Shown: one piece after another, positions 13,546 through 27,036 of the stretch
Position numbering within the stretch: position 1 is the first letter of the stretch
How the letters are laid out: every line of letters begins with the position of its first letter
Assembly (NCBI GenBank): GCA_028826165.1
Contig: JAPDFW010000072.1
Location: 1-64,000 of the forward strand
DNA length: 64,000 nt
Reading direction: 5' to 3'
DNA from: Anaeramoeba ignava BMAN
Lineage: Eukaryota; Protista; Anaeramoebae
Notes under the pieces: generated by a model
Told to the model about the DNA's origin: nothing
The model's database searches: none
The model's input: the letters and a program-made list of their open reading frames with translations, nothing else
Position numbers and translations under genes: made by a program

Positions 13546-13851
13546 TTATCTTGTTGAATTTAAAAAAATAATTTAAAAATATTCAAAATTATATTCAAAA
13601 TTATATTCAAAATTATATTCAAAATTATATTCAAAATTATATTCAAAATCGGAATTAAAATTAAAATTAAAATCAAAATCGGAATTAAATTTAAGTTTAA
13701 TTTCTTGATTCATTTTATTTTCCCAAATTTTTTTTTATCAAAAAAAAAATGTTTAAAAATTTCTTCTTTTAATTTTTTTTGAAAATTTTTCACACAAATT
13801 TGAAAAAGAAAAAAAAATGATGTGAAGTAAATTGAATAAGGAAATTATTTT

Positions 13852-15599
13852 TTATCCTTTAAAGTTTTTGCAAGCCATTTAAAACCATCTTGAATTCCTT
13901 CACCTTTTAAAGCAGAAGCCTTCATAATTGACCATTCTCTATCTTTGATATCATTTAATCCTAATGAATCAGATATTTCTGATGGAGTTAAACATTTTTC
14001 TACATCTTGTTTGTTTGCAAATACAAGAACTACTGCTTTTTTTAATTCTTCTTCTTTTAATAATTGTTTAAATTCATCTCCTGAAATTCCTATTCTATCT
14101 TTATCACTTGAATCAACTACATAAACTATTGCATCTACTCCTTGATAATAACATCTCCAATATGGTCTTTAATATTAATTTTAAATTTAAATTTTAATTT
14201 TAAATTATAATTTTAATTTTAATTTTAATTTTAATTTTAATTTAAATTTAATTTTAAATTATAATTTTAATTTTAATTTAATTATAATTTTAATTTTAAA
14301 TTTAATTTTAATTTTAATTTTAATTTTAATTTTAATTTTAATTTTAATTTTAATTTTAATTTTAATTTTAATTTTAATTTTAATTTTAATTTTAATTTTA
14401 ATTTTAATTTTAATTTTTAATTTTAATTTTAATATTAATTTTAATTTTAATTTTAATAATTTAGTTTTGATTTTAATATTAATTTTAATTTTAATTTTGA
14501 ATATAATTATAATTTTAATTTTAATTTTAATTTTAATTTAAATTTTAATTTTAATTTTAATATTAATTTTAATTTTAATTTAAATTTAATTTTAAATTTT
14601 AAATTTTAATTTAATTTTAATTTTAATTTTTGATTTTAATATTAATTTTAATTTTAATTTTGAATATAATTATAATTTTAATTTTAATTTTTGAATTTAA
14701 TTTTAATTTTAATTTAAATTTTAATATTAATTTTAATTTTAATTTAATTTGAATTTTAATTTTGAATATAAATTTTAATTTTAATTTTGATTTTGATTTT
14801 AATTTTAATTTTAATTTTAATTTTAATTTTAATTTTAATTTTAATTTTAATTTTAATTCCGATTTTAATTTTAATTTTAATTTTAATTTTAATTTTAATT
14901 TTAATTTTAATTTTAATTCCGATTTTAATTTTAATTTTGAATTTAATATTAATTTTAATTTTAATTTTAATTTTAATTTTAATTTTAATTTTAATTTTAA
15001 TTTTAATTTTATAAATGAATTTTAATATTGATTTTAAATTTAATTTTAATTTTAATATTAAATTTTAATTTTAATTTTAATTTTAAATTTTAATATTAAT
15101 TTTAATTTTAATTTTAATTTAATTTGAATTTGAATTTGAATTTTAATATTAATATTAATTTTGATTTAAATTTTAATTGTGAATTTAAAAGGTTATCAAC
15201 CTAATTGATTCTTGACCACCTAAATCCCAAATTTGAAATGTTATATTTTCAACAGAAACAGTTTCCATATTAAATCCAACAGCTTAAAATTTAAGAAAAA
15301 AAATTTTTTTAATTTAAACTTCGCTTTTGTTTTTCAAGATTTAAATTTGAAATAAAAAAAAATATTATTTATAAAATAATTACTTGGTGTTGTTGAAACA
15401 ATTTCTCCAATTTGAAGTTGATATAAAATTGTTGTCTAAATTTATTTTTTGTTATTAAATTTTTTTTTTATTAAAATTATTTTTTTTTTTATATTAAATT
15501 ATAAATTACTTTTCCTGCATTATCAAGTCCTAAAATTAGAACTCTAACCTTCTTTTTACCAAATAATCCACTAAAAATTTTTGAAAAGAAACCTCCCAT
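13852..15599 (-). CDS. ARL1: ADP-ribosylation factor-like protein 1, 4 exons; missed by the ORF track
   Basis: [30 protein letters not shown]|[17 protein letters not shown]|[22 protein letters not shown]|[35 protein letters not shown] is typical of Arl1, and the N-terminal Gly2 is a myristoylation site. Confidence 0.9.
14170..15180. repeat. (AATTTT)n microsatellite filling ARL1 intron 3
   Basis: Directly visible. Confidence 0.95.
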
Positions 15600-15839
15600 T
15601 TTAATTATTTTTAAAAAAAAAATAAAATATAAAAGAGAAAAGAAAAGAAAAAAAAAAGTATTTTGTAAAATAAAAAAATGAAAAAAAAATGAAAAAAAAA
15701 ATAAAAAAAAATTAAAAACAAATTTTGACTAATTTTTGACTAATTTTTAATCATTTAATTTTTTTTTTTAATTAAATTTTTTTTTTGTTTTGGATCTCAA
15801 TTTTTCATTTTTCTCATTTTACTTTTTTTTTCTAAAACA

Positions 15840-18413
15840 ATGTTTTCTATGGTTTGTTTGCTTATATATTATTATTTCAATCAAAAAATCAAAATCTAAA
15901 TCAAAATTTAATTCGGATAAAAATATTTTCAATCTACCAACAACAAATTAATATCCAAATTAATATCCAAATTGATATTTAATTCAATATTTAATTCAAT
16001 TTAATATACAATTTAATATCCAAATTAATATTCAATATTCAATTCAATTCATATTCAATTCAATTCAAAATTCAATTTAATATCCAATTCAATATTTAAT
16101 TCAATTCAATATTCAATATTCAATTCAATTCAATATTCAATTCAATATTTAATTTAATTCAATATTTAATTTAATTCAATTCAATATTCAATTTAATTCA
16201 ATATTCAATTCAATTCAATATTCAATTCAATATTTAATTTAATTCAATATTCAATATTCAATTCAATATCCAATTCAATTCAATTCAATATTCAATTCAA
16301 TTCAATATTTAATATTTAATTCAATTCAATTCAATTCAATTTAATTCAATATTCAATATTCAATTCAATATCCAATTCAATTCAATTCAATTCAATATTC
16401 AATTCAATATTTAATTCAATTCAATATTTAATTCAATATTTAATTCAATATTCAATTCAATATTTAATTCAATTCAATATTCAATTTAATTCAATATTCA
16501 ATATTCAATTCAATATCCAATTCAATTCAATTCAATTCAATATTCAATTCAATTCAATATTTAATATTTAATTCAATTCAATATTCAATATTCAATTCAA
16601 TATTTAATATTCAATTCAATATTTAATATTCAATTCATATTCAATTCAATATTCAATTCAATTCAATTCAATTCAATATTTAATTCAATATTCAATATTC
16701 AATTCAATATTCAATTCAATTCAATTCAATTCAATATTTAATTCAATATTCAATATTCAATATTAAATATTCAATTCAATATTCAATTCAATATTCAATA
16801 TTCAATTTAATATTCAATTCAATATTCAATTTAATATTTAATTCAATTTAATATCCAAATTAATATTCAAATTGATATTCAAATTAATATCCAAATTAAT
16901 ATTCAAATTAATATTCAAATTAATATTTAATATTCAATTCAATATTCAATTTAATTCAATATTCAATTCAATATTTAATTTAATATTCAAATTGATATTC
17001 AATTCAATTTAATATTCAATTCAATTCAATTCAATATTCAATTCAATATTTAATATTTAATTCAATTCAATTTAATTCAATATTCAATTTAATTCAATAT
17101 TCAATATTCAATTCAATATTTAATATTCAATTTAATATTCAATATCCAATATTCAATTCAATATTTAATTCAATTCAATTCAATATTTAATATTTAATTC
17201 AATATTCAATTTAATTCAATTCAATTCAATATTTAATATTCAATTCAATTCAATTTAATTCAATATTCAATTTAATTCAATATTCAATTCAATTCAATTT
17301 AATTCAATATTCAATTCAATTCAATTCAATTCAATTCAATTTAATTCAATATTCAATTCAATATTTAATATTCAATTCAATATTTAATATTCAATTCAAT
17401 ATTCAATTCAATTCAATTCAATTCAATATTTAATTCAATATTCAATATTCAATTTAATTCAATTTAATTCAATATTTAATTTAAAATTCAATTCAATATT
17501 CAATTCAATATTTAATTCAATTTAAAATATTTAATTTAAAATTTAGCTTCATTACCTTTATTCTTTAAACGAAGATTTAATTCGTTCTCCAAGAAATCTC
17601 GATTATGATGATGAACAAATTCAACTCGATAACTTAGAATCAAATCAAATGGATTTAAATTTTGAAAATGAAAGCATTATTATTCAACCTCCAGAATTTT
17701 TAATTATAGCAATGCCTGGTTTTGGAAATGCTTTTATCAACTCGAATTATCCAAAATTAGAAAAATTAACATCAATTATTGATGTATTCATTTTTTATTT
17801 TTATTATTATTTTATTATTTTATGATTTTATGATTTATTTGATTGATTTTTTTGATTTTAAAAGAAAAACGAAAAATTTAAACAAAAAATCAACTTGTTT
17901 CAACCAGATTCAAATATTATAATCACTTTGCTAAACCAAAAAATTCCAGATGAAAAATGTCGACAATTTGTTCAATTTTTTATCAACAAAATTCAACCAA
18001 AGAAAATTATCATGTTTGACCAAATTTATTTAGAACCAACTCAATTTGAAGAACTTATTTCAAAAAAAGAAAATCAAGAATTTATCAAAATAGTTGAAAC
18101 ATCGGAACACAAGAAAATCCGAAAAGAACTCAATTTAGCTTCTCTTCCCCCACCATACTTCCTCCAGAATTTCTCTGCAAGCTTAATCACTCAGGCAGAA
18201 ATCCTCAATATCCCTTCTTGTGTCTTTGTTTCACTGCAAGAAAGACAAACACTTTCTTTTGAACCTTTTTTTGCTATTGATAAAATTTTGATTCCAATTC
18301 TTTTTCCTCAAAAAAACTTTTCTGAAATTCCCGAAAAGAAAATTAGGGAAAAATATTCAAAAGAAATTTCCAATTTTAATAGTTTTCATCCAACAAAAGA
18401 TTTTTATCTTTAA
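15840..18413 (+). CDS. PSMG1: Proteasome assembly chaperone 1 (PAC1)-like protein, 3 exons (introns ~15852-17546 and ~17784-17864)
   Basis: MFSM|LHYLYSLNEDLIRSPRNLDYDDE..., LPPPYFLQNFSASLITQAEILNIPSCVFV (PAC-type motif), and C-terminal HbYX tripeptide FYL. Confidence 0.65.
15945..17540. repeat. (CAATT/CAATATT)n mosaic microsatellite filling PSMG1 intron 1
   Basis: Directly visible. Confidence 0.95.
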
Positions 18414-18517
18414 TTTTTGATTGAAAGAAAAAAAGAAAATAATTTTTTTTTTTACATTTTCTTGAATTCAAAATGAATGAAAAACAATCCAAAAAAATTT
18501 CTTTGTTTGTTTTTATT

Positions 18518-21091
18518 TTATTGTTTCTTTTCAAGTTCTTGTTTAATTAAAAAATCTATATTTGTTGAAAACCATTCTTTATCATCAGAATTTTTAGCAA
18601 AAATCAAATCATTTCGAAAATAAATCAAAAATCTTCCAAAAAAATAAACTTGATTATCTTTGTATTTCTTGTTTGTCGGAATAAAAGGAATACTGTTCTC
18701 TTCTGCCATTAATTGCACAACCTCTTTAAACGACAAATCATCCATATCGATCGGTTTTGTGATGATATTCTTATTGATTTCTTGATTTTGATTTGGATTT
18801 TGATTCAAATTTTCTTTTCTTTGATTTACTTTTGAAAGTATTCTTTTTTGTTCTTGAGAATAATATTCGTGAATATTTTCTGAGTTTGTAAGTGAAAGAT
18901 TCATCATTTGAAGAGAAAGATTAAAAGAAGCAGAAATGTGTTGATTTGCCAGCATTTCTGGAGAAAATAACGATTTCCAGCCTTTGAACCATTTTTGGAT
19001 CTCATCGTAATTGATTTTTTCTTTGTTTGTTGACATCCATAAACAAAGTGTTTTGTTCCATTTAGGGAAAAAATATTCTGCTAGAATTCGACAAAATTTA
19101 TCCAAATTCACTTGTTCTGAGATGATTTTTTGATATTCTAAAACACGGAGAAAAGGCTCAATTTCCTGATTTGAAGGGTTAATAGTAAGTCTTTTTTCAA
19201 GAAGAGTTTGGATACTTGGAATCACACTTTGATAGATAATTTTGCCAATATTGTGCTGATCCAAAAAAGTGATCCAAGGCTCCAAAACTGATGAGATTAT
19301 TTGCGAATCTTCAGCATGATTTGTTGCCTTTTCAAACAGAAAAATAAACTGTTTCGACAATTTAGTGCGAATTAATGGGAGAAATATTTCCAGTTGATCT
19401 TTGATATAAACAAAAAAAGGCCCAACAATATGATCCAAAAAAAACGTTGGTTTTGCCTCTTGATTTTTCTCCTCATTCATCAGATTATCCAAAGAAACAG
19501 AACTTGGATTCCATCGCTCTATTATTTCTTTTAGCGGAGGAACAACTGATTGTTCAACAAATTGCGCTTTTTGTTCAAGAGAAAATAATGGGATCCAAAT
19601 TTCAAGTAATTTTAATACGTTATTGATATTTTTCGCTTCAAACTCTTCTTTGATTGTGCGAGAAATTTTGGGAATGAAAATTTCTTGGTGCATTTTCTCA
19701 TAAACAGAATCCCCAACAATAAATGCTTTTTTCAGCTTCGTTTTGTCTGCTTGATTGATCAACCCAACAAGTGATTTGGTGTTGTTTTTTCCATCGTTTG
19801 ATTTTTCTAGTTTCTTTTTCATTTCAGGTTCCATATTTTCCAAAACATTTTGAAGAAGAAGTTCTTCGATTGTCACGTTTTGATTTTGGAGAATGGATTT
19901 CCAGCGTTCTATTGCGCGCAGAGGCTTTGTAGGCTGTGAGACCGGATCCCAATCAGCGCATTCCCTGCGAATGAACGGGAAAACCAAAGGGATAAAAAGT
20001 AATGCTAAATTAAAAGTGTAATAAGTTGAGAAATATTGTTTTTGCATTTTGGCGAAATTTTCCACCAGCAAATCGGAATAAAATCCGTTTTCATCACTAA
20101 TAATAGATTTGCATTTGCTGATAATTTCAAGCACAGCTTGTGCCTCATTGATTTGCTTTTGGATTGCCTGTTTTTTCTTGTCCAAAAAACGGAAATCTTC
20201 GTTCATTTTTTTTTGTTGATGAGAAAAAAAGTTGGTTTTGTCATAAACTTTTTGAATCTGTTTTTCGGTTAATTCAAGAATAATTCCAATATTGAATCTG
20301 AGTTCCTTTAACGAGAACCCGTCTTCATCTGCCTCCATGTTGTTTTCTTCTTGGTAACTTTGCTGGGACCATTTATAAAACGTTCTTTTATTTTCAAAAT
20401 TTTTTCCACTTTCAAAATTCCCATTTCCAAAATTATTATCATTCGAATATCCTTGATATGAAGTTGTGTTTTCATGCTGCCTGTCGAATCTTTGAGCCTC
20501 TTCAATAACATCCTTGAATGTGCGGAAATGGGGGTTGGTTTGTGACTCTTTTTTCCATAATTGAAGAGACTCGAACATGTGATGTTTGGGTTGTTTGTGT
20601 TTGCGAGTGTTTTTTTTGGAATCGAAAGAATGCGTTTTGGTTCTTTTAATTTCTTCCAATTGTTTATTCTCCAAATTATTTTGTGATTGAGTTGGTTGTT
20701 CACTTTGTTGTGGACCGAGATTTTGTCCTTGAATATATCCAAATTTTTCTAAAAATTTAAGACCAAATCCACTTGAATATTTTTGCCAATTTACGTCATT
20801 TTCAAGTTCTTCTTCTTGTTCATTCGTTTTGACTTGAAGCTCTTTCGGTTTTTTTCTTGTTTGTTTTGATTTTTTTCCGTTATCTTCATTTTGATTATTT
20901 TCTAGTTGTTTTTCTTTTATAAATGTTTGTTCTAAAGTCGGAACTATTAATTTTTCTTTTGTTTTTTTTGTATTTCTTTTTCTAAATCTTGTTCGTTGAT
21001 TTTGTTCTCCAAAAACTCCATAAATTTGATCTTCTTTTGAAGAATTTTGTTTTTCTTTATTAAATTTTGGATTATTTTGGTTAAAATTCAT
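18518..21091 (-). CDS. TFIP11: Tuftelin-interacting protein 11 / Ntr1-Spp382 spliceosome disassembly factor (G-patch + GCFC)
   Basis: G-patch WQKYSSGFGLKFLEKFGYIQGQNLG, ELRFNIGII, WDPVSQP, INPSNQEIEPF, YFFPKW, NYDEIQKWFKGWKSLF, SFKEVVQLMAEENSIPFIP; intact single-exon 857-aa ORF. Confidence 0.92.
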   Translation of the reverse strand: MNFNQNNPKFNKEKQNSSKEDQIYGVFGEQNQRTRFRKRNTKKTKEKLIVPTLEQTFIKEKQLENNQNEDNGKKSKQTRKKPKELQVKTNEQEEELENDVNWQKYSSGFGLKFLEKFGYIQGQNLGPQQSEQPTQSQNNLENKQLEEIKRTKTHSFDSKKNTRKHKQPKHHMFESLQLWKKESQTNPHFRTFKDVIEEAQRFDRQHENTTSYQGYSNDNNFGNGNFESGKNFENKRTFYKWSQQSYQEENNMEADEDGFSLKELRFNIGIILELTEKQIQKVYDKTNFFSHQQKKMNEDFRFLDKKKQAIQKQINEAQAVLEIISKCKSIISDENGFYSDLLVENFAKMQKQYFSTYYTFNLALLFIPLVFPFIRRECADWDPVSQPTKPLRAIERWKSILQNQNVTIEELLLQNVLENMEPEMKKKLEKSNDGKNNTKSLVGLINQADKTKLKKAFIVGDSVYEKMHQEIFIPKISRTIKEEFEAKNINNVLKLLEIWIPLFSLEQKAQFVEQSVVPPLKEIIERWNPSSVSLDNLMNEEKNQEAKPTFFLDHIVGPFFVYIKDQLEIFLPLIRTKLSKQFIFLFEKATNHAEDSQIISSVLEPWITFLDQHNIGKIIYQSVIPSIQTLLEKRLTINPSNQEIEPFLRVLEYQKIISEQVNLDKFCRILAEYFFPKWNKTLCLWMSTNKEKINYDEIQKWFKGWKSLFSPEMLANQHISASFNLSLQMMNLSLTNSENIHEYYSQEQKRILSKVNQRKENLNQNPNQNQEINKNIITKPIDMDDLSFKEVVQLMAEENSIPFIPTNKKYKDNQVYFFGRFLIYFRNDLIFAKNSDDKEWFSTNIDFLIKQELEKKQ

Positions 21092-21290
21092 TCTAAAAAA
21101 AAAAAAGAAAAGAAAGAAGAAAAAAGAAAGAAAAATGAAAAAAAAAATTTGTGAAAAAAAAAATGTTTTTTTCTTCTTTTCTTTTGACTAAACAATATTT
21201 TTCAATTATTCTTTTTTTTTGGAAATTTTGATTTTTTGATTTTTTGATTTTTTGATTTTTTGATTTTTTGATTTTTTAATTAAATAAATT

Positions 21291-23263
21291 CTATAAATTA
21301 TTGAGAAAATCAATCAATTCTTGTTTTTGAAGTGACCAACATAAAGAATATTTCTTGATAATTTCCTCCATATTCTTGTCTTGGCGATTATCGGAATAGA
21401 TCAATACAGGAATATTAGTGTATATATCTTCTCTTAATTCCTTCAAAATTGTGTTTGCATAACTTGAACTAGTGATCACCAAAGTGAAAAATCCACTTGA
21501 AAAAAAATTGTGCATATTTTGTTGATAACACAAGCAACGATCAAGATCGCTCGCTGATTTTGAGAGATATTTAACGTGCCATTCATCCAAATGCTCTTGA
21601 ATTGAGACTGCTGTCTTCTGAGGATCAATTTGGATTAATTCTTGTTTTGTCGAAAGTGGATAATCACCAACAAAAAAAATTTTGCGATTTATTAGTTTTA
21701 AATTGTTTTCCCAAGAAACCAAACGAGTAAACTTGTCGAGAGATAAGTTTGTGGATTCGTTCATTGAGACCAAACAGAGTTTGTTGAGCAAATATCTGAA
21801 AAAACTAATGTTGGAATCCTTCAAGTGATGTGAAGCAAGCTCCCACAAGGTCTTCATAATGTACATATTCTCAGTGAAAAAAAACATCCCACCACGATAG
21901 TCGTATAGATCAAATAGGGTCTTTTTCTTCGGCTGCGTTTCCTCAATACTGTCCTCAGAATCCGAGTTCAGTGCAACTGTCGAAACTCGATTTTCCGATT
22001 CACACACCAAGTCCACAAAATGTTCGAAATCATGAACAGCCGCTTTTTTTTCCACAGAGTCCGGAGACACTTCTATTTGTTTATTGTTTTCTTGGCCGAC
22101 TTCGTTGTTGTCTGCGTTGTTCTCGTTATTTTCCTTTTTCTCAAAATCCCCATTTGGGTCATCAACTGTCAAAACTTTAAAATTGGAAAGTGATAAAGGA
22201 TATGTTTCTTGATTTTTTCTTATTCTTGCATAATCAAGCTCCTTCACACATGTAAGTTTCGATACGCAGTGTTTTCCAAATAGCTGCTCGTTATTGGAAA
22301 TCTCAAACAGTGTCGGATCAAAAAAGGCAAAAGTTGAAACAAAGTTTTTTTGATCCAACGGAAAGGTAAAAACAGAACAGAAATGGATTGCCAATTTCTC
22401 AATTTCCGTTATCCAAAAATTCTTCATCCCATTTTCTTTCAAAAATTTTTCGCAATTGAGGATTTGGGAAAAGTCAAATTCGGGCAAAAAAGGAGAAAAA
22501 TAAACAATTGTAGGAAAAACATGTTGACATTCTTTATAAAATCTATCAATCATTTTAATTGCTTTTTCGGGGGACTTTTTTGCAATCACAATTCGGAACT
22601 TTCCTTTTGGAGTGGATTTATACAAGTCTTCTATTGCGGAGTAGATGATGCTTTCCTCGATCAACTCAGAAAGAAAAACAAGGCTGATTAACTCGCTTCT
22701 GTTTGTTTGAATTACTCTCTCAAAACTCAAGTCAATTTCTTTTTCGCCGATCCACAAAATTGTGAATTTATTTTTTCTCCCCTTTTTTGCAGTAGAAAGA
22801 TATTGAGGAACCAGAGACAGTAATTCGATCACATGATAAACCGAAATATCCATTTTTGTGTTGAGAATTAGATCTGCAATATCCACTTCGGCATCCATTG
22901 TGTCTTCGTTGAAATCCCCTTTTTGACTTAGAAATTCATATAATTCTCCAATTTCTGCTTCGTTTTCTATTATTTTTTTCGTGTTAATTGGATCACATAT
23001 TAAATCCGTTAATGTTTCTAATTTTCTTTTAAATGATGTTGGTGTTGTTTCTTTTAATTTTTGGATGATCTGGAAAATTTCTTTTAATTTTTGTGAATTT
23101 TGTTTGATCTATTTAAATTTTATTTAAATTAAATTGAATAATTTTTTTAATTTTATTATTTTAATTGGTTTTTTTTTTTTTGATATCTTTTTTTAAAAAA
23201 TAAAAATTAAATTTAAAAAGTAAGAAAAAAAAATTTTTTTTTATTTACTTTTTCTTTTTGCAT
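21291..23263 (-). CDS. Hypothetical protein (~610 aa), 2 exons (MQKEK|, intron 23248-23109), possibly with receiver-like alpha/beta domains
   Basis: Long ORF that extends 70 in-frame codons upstream of the annotated Met to a TAG acceptor; codon usage looks like coding sequence. Confidence 0.7.
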
Positions 23264-23443
23264 ATTTTTTTTCAATTAAATTTAATAAAAAAATTAAAAA
23301 TTAAAAATAAAAAATAGGATTAGAGAAGAAGAAGAAAGAGAAAAAATTATTAAGCAAAGAAAGATAAAAAAAATGAAAATTCAAAAAGAAAAAAAATTTT
23401 TTTTTATTTAAATTTTTTTTTTTTCTTTCTTTCTTTTTTTCTC

Positions 23444-26400
23444 TTAAATAAAGCTAATAATTTTTTTTTGTGGAATTGTTTTTTGATTTTGGTTTTGATT
23501 TTGATTTGAATTAAAAATATCAAAATTTGAATCATTTTGAATTTGATTTATATTTTGATTTGAATTAAAAATATCAAAATTGGAATCATTTTGATTTTGG
23601 TTTTGATTTTGATTTGAATTAAAAATATCAAAATTTGAATCATTTTGAATTTGATTTATATTTTGATTTTGATTTTGATTTTGACTTTGATTTTGATTTT
23701 GATTTGAATTAAAAATATCAAAATTTGATTCAAATTGATTTTGATTTTGTTGTTTTTGAATATTTATAATTCTACTTTGTTTTTGTTTTGGAATTTGATT
23801 TTGATTTGAATTAAAAATATCAAAATTGGAATCAAATTGATTTTGATTTTGATTTTGTTGTTTTTGAATATTTATAATTCTACTTTGTTTTTGTTTTGGA
23901 ATTTGATTTTGTTTTTGTTTTGGAATTTGATTTTGATTTTGATTTTGATTTTGATTTTGATCTCTTTTGTGATGACTTTTTTGATTTTTATTGTGATTTT
24001 TATTGTGACTTCTGTGATGTTTTTTGTGATTTTTATGATTCATTGGTTTATTTCTTGTTTTTTGTGGTTGAATATTTTGATTTTGATTTTGATTTTGATT
24101 TTGATTTGGAGGATTAAAAAAATCAAAATTTGATTCAATTTGATTTTGATTTTGATTTTGGTTTTGATTTTGATTTTGTTTTGGATTTTGATTTTGATTT
24201 GGAGGATTAAAAAAATCAAAATTTGATTCAAATTGATTTGGATTTTGATTTTGTTTTGGATTTTGATTTTGATTTTGATTTGGAGGATTAAAAAAATCAA
24301 AATTTGATTCAAATTGATTTTGATTTTGATTTTGTTTTTGATTTTGATTTTGATTTTGATTTTTTTTTTGATTTTGTATTAAATTATTTGAATTTGTTTC
24401 AAACCAAATTGATTTTGATTTTTTTTTTGATTTTTGATTTTGGTTTTGATTTTGATTTTGATTTTGATTTTGATTTTGATTTTGATTTTTTTTTTGATTT
24501 TGTATTAAATTATTTGAATTTGTTTCTAAACCAAATGGATCAAAGATTTCTGATTCTCCTTTTTTTAATTGGTTTTTTGATTCTTTTTTTGTTTTGATTT
24601 TTGGTTTTGGTTTTGATTTTGTAATAAATTATTTGAATTTGTTTCTAAACCAAATGGATCAAAAATTTCTGATTCTCCTTTTTTTAATTGGTTTTTTGAT
24701 TCTTTTTTTGTTTTATTTTGATTTTGATTTTGATTTTGTATTAAATTATTTGAATTTGTTTCTAAACCAAATGGATCAAAAATTTCTGATTCTCCTTTTT
24801 TTAATTGGTTTTGTGATTCGTTTTTTGTTTTATTTTGGTTTTGGTTTTGATTTTGGTTTTGATTTTGATTTTGATTTGGTTGGAAATCCATAAAATCAAT
24901 TAATGGAGATTTTGGTTTAATTTTTGAATCAAATTGATTTTGATTTTGATTTTGATTTTGATTTTGATTTTGATTTTGATTTTGATTTTGATTTTTGTTT
25001 TGATTTCATTTTGATTTTGATTTTGAATTTCATTTTGATTTTCATTTTGATTTTGATTTTGATTTTGATTTTGATTTTCAATTTTGATTTTCATTTTTGT
25101 TTGTTATCTTTAATATTTGTTTGTTTAAAGGAGAATTTTTTGGAATTTTCTTTTCTTGAGATTTGATTGTAATTTTATTTTTAACTTCATCATTATCTTT
25201 AACTTTAACTTCATCATTATCTTCATCATTATCATTATCTTCATCATTATCATTATTATCTTCATCTTTATCATCATCATCATCATCTTCATCTTCATCT
25301 TCATCTTCATTATCATCATTATCTTCATCTTTATCTTCATCTTCATCTTCATCTTCATCTTCATCTTCATCATCATCATCATCATCTTTATCATCATCAT
25401 CTTTATCTTTATCTTTATCTTTTGGTTCTTCATTTCTCTTTTTATGTTCATCAGAAAATATTCTTTCTTTAAAAATTCAATTTAAAAATTCAATTTAAAA
25501 ATTCAATTTAAAAATTCAATTTAAAATCTCACTTAAGTTATCTTCTGCAGAAATTCCTTTGTAAGTTTTTTTCGTTTTTAGAGCAACTTGTCTTTCGTGA
25601 TTTAATTCTTCTTTATTATGAAGTAAATTAACAATTCTTGTTGATAAAACCCGAACTAATTAACAAAAAAAATAATTAAATAATTAAATAATTAAATAAT
25701 TAAAATCACCATTCATTCCTTGATCATTTTTATCTTTATCAACAAATTGAAAATTAGATAAAGTTCTGATTTCATGAATATTCAATCTTACATCATCAAC
25801 AACTTTTTCATCTCCATGTTTTAATAAAAATAGAATCAATTCCAAGGTCTAAAAATAATTTGAATTTGAAATTGAAATTGAATTTGAAATTGATTTAATT
25901 TGAAATTGATTTAATTTGAAATTGATTTGAAATTGATTTAAAATTGATTTAAAATTGATTTGAAATTGATTTAAAATTGATTTAAAATTAATTTAAAATT
26001 GAAATTGATTTGAAATTGATTTGAAATTGATTTGAAATTAATTTAATTTGAAATTGATTTGATTTGAAATTGATTTGAAATTGATTTAAAATTGATTTGA
26101 AATTGATTTAAAATTGATTTGAAATTAATTTAATTTGAAATTGATTTGAAATTGAAATTGAAATTGAATTTGAAATTGAATTTGAAATTGATTTGAAATT
26201 GATTTGAATTTGAAATTGATTTAATTTGAAATTGATTTGAAATTGATTTAATTTGAAATTAATTTGAAATTGAAATTGAAATTGAAAATTGAAATTGATT
26301 TGAAATTGATTTGAAATTGATTTGAAATTGATTTGATTTGAAATTGATTTGAAATTGATTTGAAATTGATTTGAAATTGATTTGAAATGGATTTGAAATT

Positions 26401-26928
26401 GATTTGATTTGAAATTGATTTAAAATTGATTTGAAATTGATTTGAAATTGATTTAAAATTGATTTGAAATTGATTTAATTAGAAATTGATTTAATTTGAA
26501 ATTGATTTAATTAGAAATTGATTTGAAATTGATTTGAAATTGATTTGAAATTGATTTGATTTGAAATTACCTTATAAATTCTTTTCCAATTTTTATTTGG
26601 TTGATTTAATCTATCCCAAATTATTTTCATTATTTTTGGTAATTTTTTTCTTTAAAAGAAAAATTAAAATAAAATAAAAAAGCAAAAAAAAATAAATATA
26701 AATATATAAATAAATATAACTAACGAATCAAAAGTGTCTTGGGCTATCTCAAGTAAATCACTTGTTGAAGATCTTTCTTGTGAATTAGTTGTTGCATCTT
26801 GAACTTTAATTTCACTTGAATCATATCTCATAACAAGTTTTTTTCTTTTATTTTTTTTTAGAAATAAGAATTTAAATTTAAAAATTGTGTTTTTTTTAAT
26901 TTGTTTACACTTTCTTCTTCCAACTCAT
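23444..26928 (-). CDS. ENTH-domain epsin/epsinR-like clathrin adaptor, 6 exons, with an acidic and N/Q-rich tail carrying DPF and FDxF motifs
   Basis: Spliced ENTH domain: MSWKKKV|KKLVMRYDSSEIKVQDATTN..LLEIAQDTFDS|..IMKIIWDRLNQPNKNWKRIYK|TLELILFLLKHGDEKVV..IRTLSNFQFVDKDKNDQGMN|VRVLSTRIVNLL..ERQVALK. Three EIFDPFGLET repeats and several NFDIF/NFDFF repeats follow. Apparent frameshifts lie in homopolymer-rich repeats at ~24300-24600. Confidence 0.85.
25860..26568. repeat. 11-bp (GAAATTGATTT)n repeat filling an epsin intron
   Basis: Directly visible; it runs up to the donor GT at 26570-26569. Confidence 0.95.
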
Positions 26929-27036
26929 TTTTGTAAAGAATAATTAAAATAAAAATATAATAAAAAGAAATAAAAAAATGAAAAAAAAAAAAGGAAAAAA
27001 ATATTTTTTTTATCAATTTCTTTCTTTCTTTCTTTT

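Noticed and set aside
14762-15025. Poly-IL/NF/DF/IK/YI/poly-S ORFs here and at 23.8-25.5, 27, 37.1, 39.2-40.2 and 60-61 kb
   Set aside because: Stop-free frames of microsatellites or antisense shadows of real genes.
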